DNA of 64,000 bases from an uncultured Verrucomicrobiae bacterium (GCA_963756875.1 CAVWPA010000003.1:544001-608000); one strand, 5' to 3'; positions 9,281 to 18,910 are shown, counted from the first letter of the stretch. A program made the numbers and translations. The notes: generated from the sequence alone by a model not told the origin.

Positions 9281-10405
9281 TTACGCGGCTTTCGTGTTCA
9301 ACCCTTCATAGGTTTCCGCAACGATCTGGTCGACCACGGCTTTCATGTCGTGTGTTCGCTCGTACGCGGCCAGTTGCCGATCTGCGCCCGTTCCTTCGCG
9401 CATGACCCGTTCGATGTGCGCCATTTCCCGCTTGCTGCCAAGCTCACCGACCTCGGTTGAAACGAACTCGAGCAGCTCCCCCAGCAAACTGCGCGCGTCG
9501 ACTTCGGCTTCCTTGCCGAAATCGATCAGTTTTCCGTCGATTCCGTAACGCGCCGCGCGCCAGCGATTTTCGTCGAGGAGGCGGCGTCGATAAACACGAA
9601 AAGTGATGTTCTGCCAGGTCAGTTTGTAAAGCTTGGCAATCACAGCCTGGATCAGCGCAGCGATGGCCAGGGTATCATCTATTCGTGATTGCGCGTCGCA
9701 TACCCGCACCTCAAGCGTGTTAAAAACCGGGTGAAGCCGAATGTCCCACCAGATCTTCTTTGGGTTGTCGATACAGCCGGTTTTGATGAGCAATTTGCAA
9801 TAATCTTCGTACTCGGAGAGCGACTCGAAGGAGTCGGGAATGCCGGTGCGGGGAAAACGTTCGAACACCTTCAGGCGATAACCTTTCAGGCCGGTGTTGC
9901 GGCCGACCCAGAACGGCGAGTTGACCGAAAGCGCATAAATATGCGGCAGGAAATAACGCACCTGATTCATGACGTGAATGGCCGATTCGCGATCGGGGAT
10001 TCCGACGTGCACGTGCAATCCAAAGATGAGATTGGCTCGTGCCAGCAACTGCATGTCTTTGACGATTTCCTGATAGCGCTCGCCTTCGGTGATCAATTGA
10101 TCGTGCCAATGGGAAAAAGGATGCGTCCCGACCGAGGCAATCTTGAGGCCGCCGCGTCCGGCTAGCTCGGCCAGTCTGCTGCGCAATTCGCCGACGTGCT
10201 CCCGAGCACACGAAATCGAATCGCAAATCTCAGTGCCCAGCTCGACTACCGATTGATGCATTTCCGGCTTGATCTGTTCTTTCAGTGTGACTTTGCCGCC
10301 TTCGAGAATTTCCTGAATATGCGAGCGCAATTCGCGCGAAACGGGGTCGATAATCGCAAACTCCTCCTCGATCCCGAGAGTGAACGTATGCTCCTTGGCG
10401 CTCAT
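9281..10405 (-). CDS. ybdK: Carboxylate-amine ligase YbdK/GCS2 family (copy 1)
   Basis: Same GCS2 motifs as its neighbour; start taken at MSAKEHTF. Confidence 0.92.
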   Translation of the reverse strand: MSAKEHTFTLGIEEEFAIIDPVSRELRSHIQEILEGGKVTLKEQIKPEMHQSVVELGTEICDSISCAREHVGELRSRLAELAGRGGLKIASVGTHPFSHWHDQLITEGERYQEIVKDMQLLARANLIFGLHVHVGIPDRESAIHVMNQVRYFLPHIYALSVNSPFWVGRNTGLKGYRLKVFERFPRTGIPDSFESLSEYEDYCKLLIKTGCIDNPKKIWWDIRLHPVFNTLEVRVCDAQSRIDDTLAIAALIQAVIAKLYKLTWQNITFRVYRRRLLDENRWRAARYGIDGKLIDFGKEAEVDARSLLGELLEFVSTEVGELGSKREMAHIERVMREGTGADRQLAAYERTHDMKAVVDQIVAETYEGLNTKAA

Positions 10406-10439
10406 GGCGGACCACAAATGTCCTTCAAAAACAACACGC

Positions 10440-10548
10440 TGTCATCCCGAGTCGCGGAGACGACGAGGGACCTCGCAAAAACACAATGATCACACAGGTT
10501 GCCTTGTGTGAGGCCTCGCCGTTGCGAGATCCTTCAGCTGCGCTCAGA
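10440..10548 (+). repeat. GTCATCC-tagged (CGTC-type) palindromic repeat
   Basis: TGTCATCCCGAG…GAGGGACCTCGC…GCGAGATCCTTC…GCTCAG; a related half-element GATCCTTGGCTTCGCTCGGGACAAC lies near 19845. Confidence 0.55.
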
Positions 10549-10655
10549 AGCACGAATTTCGAATCAATGACGAAGCACCCGCCTTCGCTGTGCTGCGGCG
10601 CGGCAGGCAAATGACGAATGCCCATTCGTGATGCGCAACGCGCTTGTTGATTTCG

Positions 10656-11639
10656 TCATTTTTCTTCCAGCTCTTGTGCGAGTTCGCCTAACGAACGTTT
10701 CGTCACCGCGGCCTGCATGAACCTGCCCCAGCTCAAATTGTCACGGCCGGGAACGTGTTCGCGCGCTTTGCGTATGGCCATCTCCGAGACCGCTTCCACC
10801 ACCCATTCGAAGCTCGGCTGGCCGATCATGGCCGCTTCCGCGTCCGGGGCGGGGTTGCAAAAATCGATCGCGACCGGAACACCGTCGCGTATTGCAAACT
10901 CAACCGTGTTCAGATCGTAGCCGAGAAACTGATTCAGTTTAACCACGCCTTCTTCCACCTTTTCCACAACCTCCTTTGGCGCGTGCCATTCTGTTTGATA
11001 GCGCAAATGGTAGGGATGTCGCGGCTCATACGGCATGAGGCGAACATGGCGCTGGTCGATGGAGTAACAGCGAAAGTACATGTCGAATTTTACTTCCTCC
11101 TGCAGCATCATGACCAGTTGGCCGGTCTCGTTGTAAGCGCGAAAAAACTCCTCCCGGTTGTGTAATCGGTAGACATTTTTCCAGCCGCCGCCCGCGTATG
11201 GTTTGAAAAACGCCGGCCAGCCGACGTAGCTGAAAATTCCCTCCCAATCGAGCGGGTAACCGAGATTGCGAAACGATTTGTCGTTCGTGTCAGGCGGCGG
11301 TTGGTTGGACGGCAGCAAAACTGTGCGCGGAACGGCCACGTCGATTTTGGTGGCCAGGGCATTGTTAAAAAACTTCTCATCGGCGCTCCACCAAAACGGA
11401 TTGTTCACGACAGCCGTCCCGCTCAGCGCGGCGTTTTTAAGCCAGGCCCGATAGAAGGGCACGTCCTGCGAGATCCGGTCGATCACGACATCGTAGCCGC
11501 ATGGCTCGCCTTGAAGCACCTTCTCGATCTTGACGAACTCCGCGACAATCTCTTTGCCACCCGTCTTCTGGTTGACGCGATCGACGAACGCCGGAGGGAA
11601 ACTATGTTCCTGGCCAAAAAGGATTCCGATTTTTTTCAT
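10656..11639 (-). CDS. RimK/glutathione-synthase-like ATP-grasp ligase
   Basis: IDRISQ, NNPFWWSADEKF, VPRTVLLP, FFKPYAGGGWK, MLQE, TVEFA, IDFCNP motifs. Confidence 0.82.
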   Translation of the reverse strand: MKKIGILFGQEHSFPPAFVDRVNQKTGGKEIVAEFVKIEKVLQGEPCGYDVVIDRISQDVPFYRAWLKNAALSGTAVVNNPFWWSADEKFFNNALATKIDVAVPRTVLLPSNQPPPDTNDKSFRNLGYPLDWEGIFSYVGWPAFFKPYAGGGWKNVYRLHNREEFFRAYNETGQLVMMLQEEVKFDMYFRCYSIDQRHVRLMPYEPRHPYHLRYQTEWHAPKEVVEKVEEGVVKLNQFLGYDLNTVEFAIRDGVPVAIDFCNPAPDAEAAMIGQPSFEWVVEAVSEMAIRKAREHVPGRDNLSWGRFMQAAVTKRSLGELAQELEEK

Positions 11640-11649
11640 AAATTCGTTA

Positions 11650-11744
11650 GGTAGGGACAGCTCTCTGAGCCGTCCGATTTATTCAGTCTCCGGTGCGCTG
11701 CGCAAGAGGAATTCGCCGGACGCTCACGAAGGTGCGTCCCTACC
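11650..11744. repeat. GTAG-tagged REP-like inverted pair
   Basis: GGTAGGGAC…GTCC … GGACG…CGTCCCTACC. Confidence 0.75.
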
Positions 11745-11749
11745 ATTCC

Positions 11750-14137
11750 TTAAAATCGCTTCGGGTGCCAATTCGGCTTGGAGAGGCTGCCTTCGCCCTT
11801 GTATTCGAAAAGCTTGTAAACCGGCATGAGCAGGAGACCCGGCCCCTTCGGGCTGATGCGCACGTCGAAATCGATTCGATCGTCGAGAAAGTAAATATTT
11901 CCGTGGCCAACCATGTCGAAGAGTTTGCCCGCCACGTCGAAATCGTCGGTATGGATGACTCCATCCTTCACGGTAAAGCTGGCACTGGCTGTTCGGGCGA
12001 TGCTGTAGCCTGCGCCGGGCAGGAGATGATTCAAAATTCCCGATAGCGGGCCGAAAACCGGGATTGCAAAAACGTCGCCATTGGCCACTTCCAATTTTCC
12101 GCTCCCTTGCATCTTTCGCGAATCGCTGCCCAGTCCATCGAAATCGTAAACCGCGTTCAATTCGCCCTGCGCGGTCTTGTAGTTGTAATAGAGATCGGTG
12201 AGTCGCGGGAAATTGACACTTTTGACGGCGATGGTCGCGTGATAATGCGAATCGTTGTGCGCGAGGGAAATATCGGCGTGGCCGCGCACAGTTCCTGAAA
12301 AGAGCGTGCCGTTCAGATCGTTGATCTGCAAACGATCGGTCGTAAATAGCAGTTTGCTGGAAACACGGTCGAAGGGCAGCGTCTTTCCTAGGAAATCGTA
12401 AGCCATTCCCCCTGGAGAATCGACATGGATGTCCAGCCGTGTCTTCTTGCCGCCTTGAAACTGGTAAACGCCGTCGGCGGTAATATTCGGCGGCTGCCGG
12501 AACTTATAAGGCGTGACGGTTTTCCAAAGCTTCGGATCGATCCAGAAAATCACGTCCGCCGGCCACAACGCCGTCTTGATATTGGCAATCCGTACTTCGT
12601 GTTTCGCAAAGTCATAGGTGAAGCTTCCCGTGCCGACGCCTTCGTCGCGCGCCACCCGCAGATCGTCGTAAGTCACCGCGCCGTCGCCGAAGTGAATTTT
12701 CGCACTGGCACTCTTTGCCCACACTCCCCGGAACCGCGCCCGGCCCATGGTGACGGTTCCGTCGCCATGCCAGTCTTCCGGCTTCCGATCCGGACCGCGA
12801 ATGGCGAGGTGGACGGCGGGCGGACGTGGCCACTCCCACTCGCCCAAAAGCTCCTGTAACTCAGGCGAGACAAATACACGGAACACGGCCGGGTTTATTG
12901 TGCTGTCGATGTTGAGCCGAAAATCGCCCGGTGAATCCAGACAATCCGCCCGCAGTTCTCCGCTGGAGTGAGCAACATGGACGTCACGCAAAAGCGTGCG
13001 CTCGCCATCCCAGGAAAAACCGACATTGAAATTCGAAAGCGGCACCGTTTTGTAGGCGAAATTGTCGGCGCTGACATGGCCGATCACTTTTAGCTGAGGG
13101 CGTGCTTCGGTAAAATTGGCGGAGCCGGAGAGTTCGATTTGTGGCGGCGAATTAAACGTCGCGTCAGCCAGAAGACGGCCCATGCCGGCAGCTGCGAGAA
13201 ACGATTTGAGATCGAGGCTGCTGCGCGCCTGGAAATTGGCCAGCTTCTTTTGGCGGCTCCAATCGCCGCGCGCGGCAAAACTGCCGGCGCTATCCTTCCA
13301 TTCGCACTGCGTAATGTTGAGCGTCTGATCGCTCCATTCGGCGGCGGCAAATAAATCGCGCATCTCATAATTTTCCAGGCGCAACTGTTTCCCTCGCAGA
13401 GTCGCATCGACGTGTGCGTTCTCAATTTGCGCAAGATCGCCGCTGAATTTCACCTGCAGCCACGGCGGTCCGGCTGGAAAGCGGAACTTTTTCAGTTCGG
13501 CGGCTACCCGGCGCAGGATCGACAACCGTGTGTGCCATTCCTGGTCCGTTATCGGAGCCGACGGTTGATAATTTTCACGCTTGATCAGCTGGCCGCTCGC
13601 GGAAATGCGCACCCCGCAAAAAATCCCCTCGGCCTGACTGACATCGATTTGCTCCGGCGGAAAATAGACGTGAGCGTGGAAATTCGTCAGCTGCGCCTCG
13701 TCGCTTTTCCCCTCGGCCTCGTTGAGCGGCAGAGTGATTCGTGCGTTGCGGACATCGATTGCGTTCAGAAATGGCTGGTGATGAAAAAGCGCGGCGTAAT
13801 TAATATCGAGTGCGATCTCACTCACCACCGCGAGCGTCTTCTCACGCCTCTTGTAATCAAAGACACGAACATCCTGAGCGACGAGTCCGCGGAATGGATC
13901 GAGCGTAAGGCGTCCGATGGAGGCTTCGACACCGCGCTTGTGCAGCTCTTCCACCACCCGGTGCCGCCATTGCTGGCCGAAACCCTGGCGCGCCAGGTAC
14001 CAGCCGCCGCCAAGCGCGCCGGCGAGGACCAGAATGATAAAAAGACGAATTGCAACTTTTGCCCTGCGGCGCGCAGAAAGCGACCGCTTGTCTCGCGCGA
14101 GGGCGGCCGGTTGCGGTTCTTCGAGAACTTGCGACAT
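11750..14137 (-). CDS. AsmA-like / DUF3971 envelope lipid-transport protein
   Basis: N-terminal TM anchor, long beta-rich body, AsmA C-terminal pattern (G.G.LEVANG…ASF.VKDGVIHTDDF…G.G.I); start uncertain. Confidence 0.72.
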   Translation of the reverse strand: MSQVLEEPQPAALARDKRSLSARRRAKVAIRLFIILVLAGALGGGWYLARQGFGQQWRHRVVEELHKRGVEASIGRLTLDPFRGLVAQDVRVFDYKRREKTLAVVSEIALDINYAALFHHQPFLNAIDVRNARITLPLNEAEGKSDEAQLTNFHAHVYFPPEQIDVSQAEGIFCGVRISASGQLIKRENYQPSAPITDQEWHTRLSILRRVAAELKKFRFPAGPPWLQVKFSGDLAQIENAHVDATLRGKQLRLENYEMRDLFAAAEWSDQTLNITQCEWKDSAGSFAARGDWSRQKKLANFQARSSLDLKSFLAAAGMGRLLADATFNSPPQIELSGSANFTEARPQLKVIGHVSADNFAYKTVPLSNFNVGFSWDGERTLLRDVHVAHSSGELRADCLDSPGDFRLNIDSTINPAVFRVFVSPELQELLGEWEWPRPPAVHLAIRGPDRKPEDWHGDGTVTMGRARFRGVWAKSASAKIHFGDGAVTYDDLRVARDEGVGTGSFTYDFAKHEVRIANIKTALWPADVIFWIDPKLWKTVTPYKFRQPPNITADGVYQFQGGKKTRLDIHVDSPGGMAYDFLGKTLPFDRVSSKLLFTTDRLQINDLNGTLFSGTVRGHADISLAHNDSHYHATIAVKSVNFPRLTDLYYNYKTAQGELNAVYDFDGLGSDSRKMQGSGKLEVANGDVFAIPVFGPLSGILNHLLPGAGYSIARTASASFTVKDGVIHTDDFDVAGKLFDMVGHGNIYFLDDRIDFDVRISPKGPGLLLMPVYKLFEYKGEGSLSKPNWHPKRF

Positions 14138-14151
14138 GTGTTGGTTACAGA

Positions 14152-14598
14152 ATGATCTCCATCTCCAGCCTTCCTGCAATAAACGCCTCGCTCAACTTTG
14201 TGAGTACCCTGTTTATTTCGATCGGCTGGTACTGGATCCGGAAGGGATTCTGGCGCCGCCACATGGTCTGCATGATCGCGGCTGTCACCTCATCGACACT
14301 TTTTTTGGTCGGCTATATCGTTTATCACGCGCACGTCGGCGAGAAATCGACGCATTTTGCGGCGGGCGGATTAGTCGCGTGGATTTACTTTCCGATGCTG
14401 ATTTCACACATCCTGCTGGCGTTTGTCACGCTACCGCTGGTCATCGTCACCCTGGTCCAGGTTTTTCGCCGGCGATGGGATCGGCACCGGGCCATTGCGC
14501 GATGGACCCTGCCGATCTGGCTTTACGTTTCCGTGACCGGGGTTCTCGTTTACCTCATGCTTTACCAATGGTTTCCGCCACCTGGCATTTCCAGGTAG
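14152..14598 (+). CDS. DUF420 membrane protein
   Basis: LPAINASLN, H..CM, LFLVGY..YH, LISHI.LA, HR.IARWTLPIWLYVSVTGVLVY. Confidence 0.9.
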   Translation: MISISSLPAINASLNFVSTLFISIGWYWIRKGFWRRHMVCMIAAVTSSTLFLVGYIVYHAHVGEKSTHFAAGGLVAWIYFPMLISHILLAFVTLPLVIVTLVQVFRRRWDRHRAIARWTLPIWLYVSVTGVLVYLMLYQWFPPPGISR

Positions 14599-14685
14599 GG
14601 ATGGCTCTCCCTCGCTTCCCCATGTTGCAACTGCCGCGGAATTGATGTTTGATCACGGGACGCAGCGCCGCTGCCGAACAAATTT

Positions 14686-15141
14686 ATGGTGACGATCGCA
14701 ACGTTTAATGAGGCGGCCAAGGCCAAGAACCTCAAAGCGCGCCTTCAACAGGCGGGCTTGCATACCGACATTCATAATGAAGCTCCCTTGCAGCAGGTTG
14801 CCTTCATGTCCAGGCCGCATGCCAACGTCAAGGTGCTGGTCGAAGACAGCGACTTCGAGCGCGCCCAAAACCTGATGATCGAGTGGGAGGCGAGCGATCC
14901 GGACATCGCTTTGGCCCTGGTTCGTTGCCCACAGTGCGGCTCCTCGCGGATCCAATATCCTCAATTGACCCGCAAGTTTATCACGCCCGACATCGCCAGC
15001 GTTCTTCTTACACTCAGGATTTTTCCCAAGGAATTTTATTGCGAGGATTGCCACTTCACCTGGACCGAAGAGAAACAGCGAACGATCGGGCGGCTGTGGC
15101 ATCGCTTTTTTCCCGGAAACGAATCGAAACCCACCGGTTAG
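14686..15141 (+). CDS. DUF2007-like putative signal-transducing protein with Zn-ribbon
   Basis: N-terminus VTIATF…A…KARL..AG; CPQCGS…CEDC.FTW Cys motifs. Confidence 0.65.
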   Translation: MVTIATFNEAAKAKNLKARLQQAGLHTDIHNEAPLQQVAFMSRPHANVKVLVEDSDFERAQNLMIEWEASDPDIALALVRCPQCGSSRIQYPQLTRKFITPDIASVLLTLRIFPKEFYCEDCHFTWTEEKQRTIGRLWHRFFPGNESKPTG

Positions 15142-15219
15142 GCCGGGCAACATTTGCCTGCGGCACGTCGCGGCTGAAAATTACGGGCCGGAAAGGTTCA
15201 TGATCGCGAATTCTCATCG

Positions 15220-16059
15220 ATGAAGTGGCTTTTTGCTCTACTGCTGGCGATCGTCATTTTTGGCGGCGCCGCCTGGTTCGGTTACAACTTTGTCTTCAAG
15301 CAGGACATCGAAGTCCGGAGGGAACAGCGCGGCGAAATCACGCCGGAACCCAGGGTCGATATTAGTCTGCCGGAGTTTCAGGCGGCCGCGAAGTTACGCC
15401 AGGAAGGCAAATTAAGTGAGGCCCGTGCGGCGCTCACCGCATTCATTCAAAAATACCCGGCCGGTCAGCACGTCGAGGAAGCGAAGGACCTGCTGGGCGA
15501 GGTCAACGTCGATATCCTCCTTTCTCGCACGCCTTCGCCGGAAAAGCAGGAATACATCGTTCGGTCGGGCGACGTGCTGCAGAAAATCGCCCGCAAGCTG
15601 AAATCGACGCCCGAACTCATCATGCGCATGAACAATTTGAGCGGCACCATGCTGCACATCGGCGATCGCCTGCTCGTTTCGCATCCGCAATTTTCGATGA
15701 TCATCGACCGAAAACCGAAATTGATCGTGCTGCTGGATCACGATGCGTTTTTCAAACAGTACCACATAAGGGAAGAAAAGCTGCCACCCAGGCGGCCCGC
15801 GAAGGTCACCACGAGGGTTTCTGAAGTGATGGCCTGGAAAAATGGCAAGCGGATCGGATTCGGAAGCAAGGATTACGTTAGCAGCACCCGCTGGATCCGG
15901 CTGGCCGCATCGATCTATATGATTTATTCTGTGCCCGATGCGACCCATCCCGAACTTGCGCAGCCGCCGCCGGCGTCGGGCTTTGGCCTCGACGCCAGCG
16001 ATGTCGAAGAGCTGAGCAGTCTTGTCAACAGCCGGACGCCTGTCACCATTACGGACTGA
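15220..16059 (+). CDS. Membrane-anchored TPR + LysM protein with degenerate L,D-transpeptidase-like domain
   Basis: N-terminal TM, TPR-like FIQKYPAG..VEEAK, LysM YIVRSGDVLQKIARK…NNL….HIGDRL. Confidence 0.75.
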   Translation: MKWLFALLLAIVIFGGAAWFGYNFVFKQDIEVRREQRGEITPEPRVDISLPEFQAAAKLRQEGKLSEARAALTAFIQKYPAGQHVEEAKDLLGEVNVDILLSRTPSPEKQEYIVRSGDVLQKIARKLKSTPELIMRMNNLSGTMLHIGDRLLVSHPQFSMIIDRKPKLIVLLDHDAFFKQYHIREEKLPPRRPAKVTTRVSEVMAWKNGKRIGFGSKDYVSSTRWIRLAASIYMIYSVPDATHPELAQPPPASGFGLDASDVEELSSLVNSRTPVTITD

Positions 16060-16072
16060 GATTTGTGGAAAG

Positions 16073-16160
16073 GTTAAAAGAGTTACAAGTGTTACATTGT
16101 TAAAAATGGATGACCGGAGCTTGCTACGCCTGCAACCTTGTAACTTTTTAACGTTGTAGC
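16073..16160. repeat. Inverted pair of 8-mer tandem repeats (second copy)
   Basis: gttaaaagagttacaagtgttacattgttaaa … tgcaaccttgtaactttttaacgttgtagc. Confidence 0.7.
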
Positions 16161-16177
16161 CTTTTTAGCGTTTTCTC

Positions 16178-17164
16178 ATGGACCCGCAGCCGCTCGATTT
16201 CGAAAAGCCAATCTTTGAGCTGAAACGCCGGTTGGAGGACCTGAAGGAACACTCCGACCAGCACGACGTCGATCTCGACTCCGAGGTGGAAGCAATCGAA
16301 GCGAAGATTCGCGAAACGCGGCGTCAGATTTACGGCAACCTCACGGCCTGGCAGCGAGTGCAAATTGCGCGGCACGTGCAGCGGCCTTTCGCGCTCGATT
16401 ATATCGAACGTTGTTTCACCGGCTGGATCGAGCTGCACGGTGACCGGCATTTTGCCGACGACAAGGCAATGCCGTGCGGTCTGGCCATGCTCGGCTCTCA
16501 ACGGTGTGTCGTTATCACCCACCAAAAGGGCCGCAACACGAAAGAAAACGTAATGCGCAACTTTGGATGCGCGCATCCGGAAGGTTATCGCAAAGGATTG
16601 CGTTTAATGAAGCTGGCCGAAAAATTCAGAATGCCTGTCATTTCACTGATCGATACTCCGGGCGCGTATCCGGGCATTGGCTCGGAAGAACGTCACATTT
16701 CCGAAGCGATTGCGGTGAATCTGCGCGAGATGATGAACCTGCCCGTGCCGATTGTCGCCGCAGTCATCGGAGAAGGGGGCTCGGGCGGCGCGCTCGGGAT
16801 CGGTGTCGCCGATCGCGTTCTTATTCTGGAGAACGCCTATTACTCCGTCATCAGCCCGGAAGCCTGCTCCGCAATTCTCTGGCGCGACCGGCGTCACGCG
16901 CCGGAGGCAGCCGAAGCGTTGAAATTGACTGCGCAGGATCTGTTGAAACTCCATGTCGTGGATGAAGTTGTTGCGGAGCCCGAGGAAGGCGCGCATCGCG
17001 ATTACGATACAGCCGCGGCAAATCTTGGGACGGCGCTTCGTCAGAACCTGGAGCGGGTCATAAAAATCCCGGTCGAAGAATTGCTCGAGAGGCGCTATAA
17101 CAAATTCCGTGCCCTTGGCAATTTTGCCGAAGGCAGGGCCTCAACTTCATCGGCGCGCTCCTGA
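16178..17164 (+). CDS. accA: Acetyl-CoA carboxylase carboxyltransferase alpha subunit
   Basis: LDFEKPI, WQRVQIARH, ELHGDR, RNFG..HPEGYRK, IDTPGAYPG, GEGGSGGALGI, YSVISPE. Confidence 0.97.
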   Translation: MDPQPLDFEKPIFELKRRLEDLKEHSDQHDVDLDSEVEAIEAKIRETRRQIYGNLTAWQRVQIARHVQRPFALDYIERCFTGWIELHGDRHFADDKAMPCGLAMLGSQRCVVITHQKGRNTKENVMRNFGCAHPEGYRKGLRLMKLAEKFRMPVISLIDTPGAYPGIGSEERHISEAIAVNLREMMNLPVPIVAAVIGEGGSGGALGIGVADRVLILENAYYSVISPEACSAILWRDRRHAPEAAEALKLTAQDLLKLHVVDEVVAEPEEGAHRDYDTAAANLGTALRQNLERVIKIPVEELLERRYNKFRALGNFAEGRASTSSARS

Positions 17165-17166
17165 TC

Positions 17167-17964
17167 GTGTTTCGGCGACATCTTTATTCATCTGCATGGT
17201 TCGCCGGCCTGGCGTTTTTCTGCGCGGCCGCGTCGCATGATGCGGTCCGGCCAAAGTTCCGATTTGGCCGCGACACGTTCGCTTTCACAAATAACACCGT
17301 TTTCGAATACAAGGGAGGCCACGCGCACCTTCGGAAGAACGACCCGCAAGAACGCAAGCGCCGTTATACCCGGCGCTGTTTTGTGATGTGCCGCACCACA
17401 ATGCAGTTTTACAAATTCGCGCGCTTCGATCCTCACGGAGCGCCGTTGGACGATGAGCAACTTGCCGCGCGCATCCGCATGGTTACCAAGCGTGCCGCAT
17501 GGGATCCGCCACTGCCGGAGAATCGGCGGATCGTTTTTCCGGGCTACGCCAACCTTCATGCAATCAGCAAAGCGCGGCAGGGGGTCTTTCAGAAGAACAT
17601 CGGCCTTGGCTGGCCGACTTATTTTCGCCTCGGCAACAACCGAATGGTTTGGGATTACAGCCGCGGGTATCAAGAGCAGATGCACAGGAACATGGACGCG
17701 GCCCTGGAGCGCGGCCAGTTGTTTGTCGGTTATCTCACGACGTTTCCCAGCTTTACCATTAATCATTCCGTGCTGGTGTACGCGCACAAGCCTGGCGGCG
17801 CCGATGGTCGCGATCATTATCTCGTTTTCGATCCCAACCACAGCGATAAGCCGCGCAACCTGGCCTGGTCGCCACGCGACCGCGCGTTTTATTATGAAAA
17901 AGACTGGGACTTTGTGGGCGGGCGCGTTCGCCTGTTTCAAGTTTACGGCAAACCGTTGCAGTAA
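17167..17964 (+). CDS. Secreted hypothetical protein, possible papain-like Cys-His-Asp hydrolase
   Basis: Signal-peptide-like N-terminus; FAFTN…RCFVM, NHSVLVY, YLVFDPN. Confidence 0.6.
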   Translation: MFRRHLYSSAWFAGLAFFCAAASHDAVRPKFRFGRDTFAFTNNTVFEYKGGHAHLRKNDPQERKRRYTRRCFVMCRTTMQFYKFARFDPHGAPLDDEQLAARIRMVTKRAAWDPPLPENRRIVFPGYANLHAISKARQGVFQKNIGLGWPTYFRLGNNRMVWDYSRGYQEQMHRNMDAALERGQLFVGYLTTFPSFTINHSVLVYAHKPGGADGRDHYLVFDPNHSDKPRNLAWSPRDRAFYYEKDWDFVGGRVRLFQVYGKPLQ

Positions 17965-18032
17965 AGCGTCATCCAATTAAAGGAACAAGCGCTGCCAGAC
18001 CCGCCCATTCCATTGAGCGGCAGGACGAAAAC

Positions 18033-18092
18033 TGTGGCGGCAGACATGTCGCCTGCGTCTGTCGCGATGCAGCCGGCACGGCTGCCACTACA
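18033..18092. repeat. GTRG-tagged REP-like inverted pair
   Basis: TGTGGCGGCAGAC..GTCGCCTGC…GCAGCCG-gca-CGGCTGCCACTACA, between convergent genes. Confidence 0.65.
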
Positions 18093-18112
18093 GAAATAGC
18101 CGCGAACGTAAC

Positions 18113-18910
18113 TCACGGCGGAAATAGAAACCGCAGAGCCGGCTCGACGCGTGCAGCCCACGCGCCTTCGCTGTGGTCTCCCCCTTCGGCTTCCATGTAA
18201 AGAAGGTCGTCCCCAACTTTCCAGCCTTTCTCGACCAGACGATTGCATAATTCGCGCGCCTGTTCCCAGCCGGGTTCATTGGTTCCGGTATCGAGCCAGA
18301 TTCTCACCGGCGGTTTTTGTTCGATTGAATCGACCAGCCGGTAGATGGCGAATTCGTCCCACCAGATCGATGGAGACATTACCATCAACCGCGTAAACGC
18401 GTGCGGATACAAAATTCCAATCGCCAGCGTGACCAGTCCGCCCAGCGACGATCCACCCAGGCCGGTAAACTCCGCTTCCGGCTTCGTCCGGTATTTATTG
18501 TCGATGTACGGTTTGAGTTCTTCCATCAGGAACCCGCCATATTGGCGCGCGAGCCCGCGGCTCCGTTTTTTCCGTTTTGCCTTGGCGTCGATCACTCCGC
18601 GGGTCGGCGCGTACTCGTCGATGCGATGCTCGCCCATGTTCGCGACCGCGACGACGATAAGTGGTTCGATTAGGTTTTCGCGAACCAGTCGCTCCACCGT
18701 TTCGTCAACGCCCCATTCCACACCCGCAAACGCTGTCGCGGCGTCGAAAACATTCTGTCCGTCGTGCAAATATAAAACCGGATAGCGTTTTCTGGGGAGA
18801 GATCGATAACCCGGCGGGAGGTATACCAGAACGTCGCGCCTGTTTCCCAGAATCGTGGACGGGAAACGGCGATGACGTTTGATGTTTCCGGTCAGGGTAT
18901 GTTTCGCCAT
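18113..18910 (-). CDS. Alpha/beta hydrolase, putative esterase (IroE/Fes-like)
   Basis: VYLPPGY, YPVLYLHDGQN.F, GGSSLGG nucleophile elbow, HSEGAW; start at MAKHTL. Confidence 0.88.
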   Translation of the reverse strand: MAKHTLTGNIKRHRRFPSTILGNRRDVLVYLPPGYRSLPRKRYPVLYLHDGQNVFDAATAFAGVEWGVDETVERLVRENLIEPLIVVAVANMGEHRIDEYAPTRGVIDAKAKRKKRSRGLARQYGGFLMEELKPYIDNKYRTKPEAEFTGLGGSSLGGLVTLAIGILYPHAFTRLMVMSPSIWWDEFAIYRLVDSIEQKPPVRIWLDTGTNEPGWEQARELCNRLVEKGWKVGDDLLYMEAEGGDHSEGAWAARVEPALRFLFPP

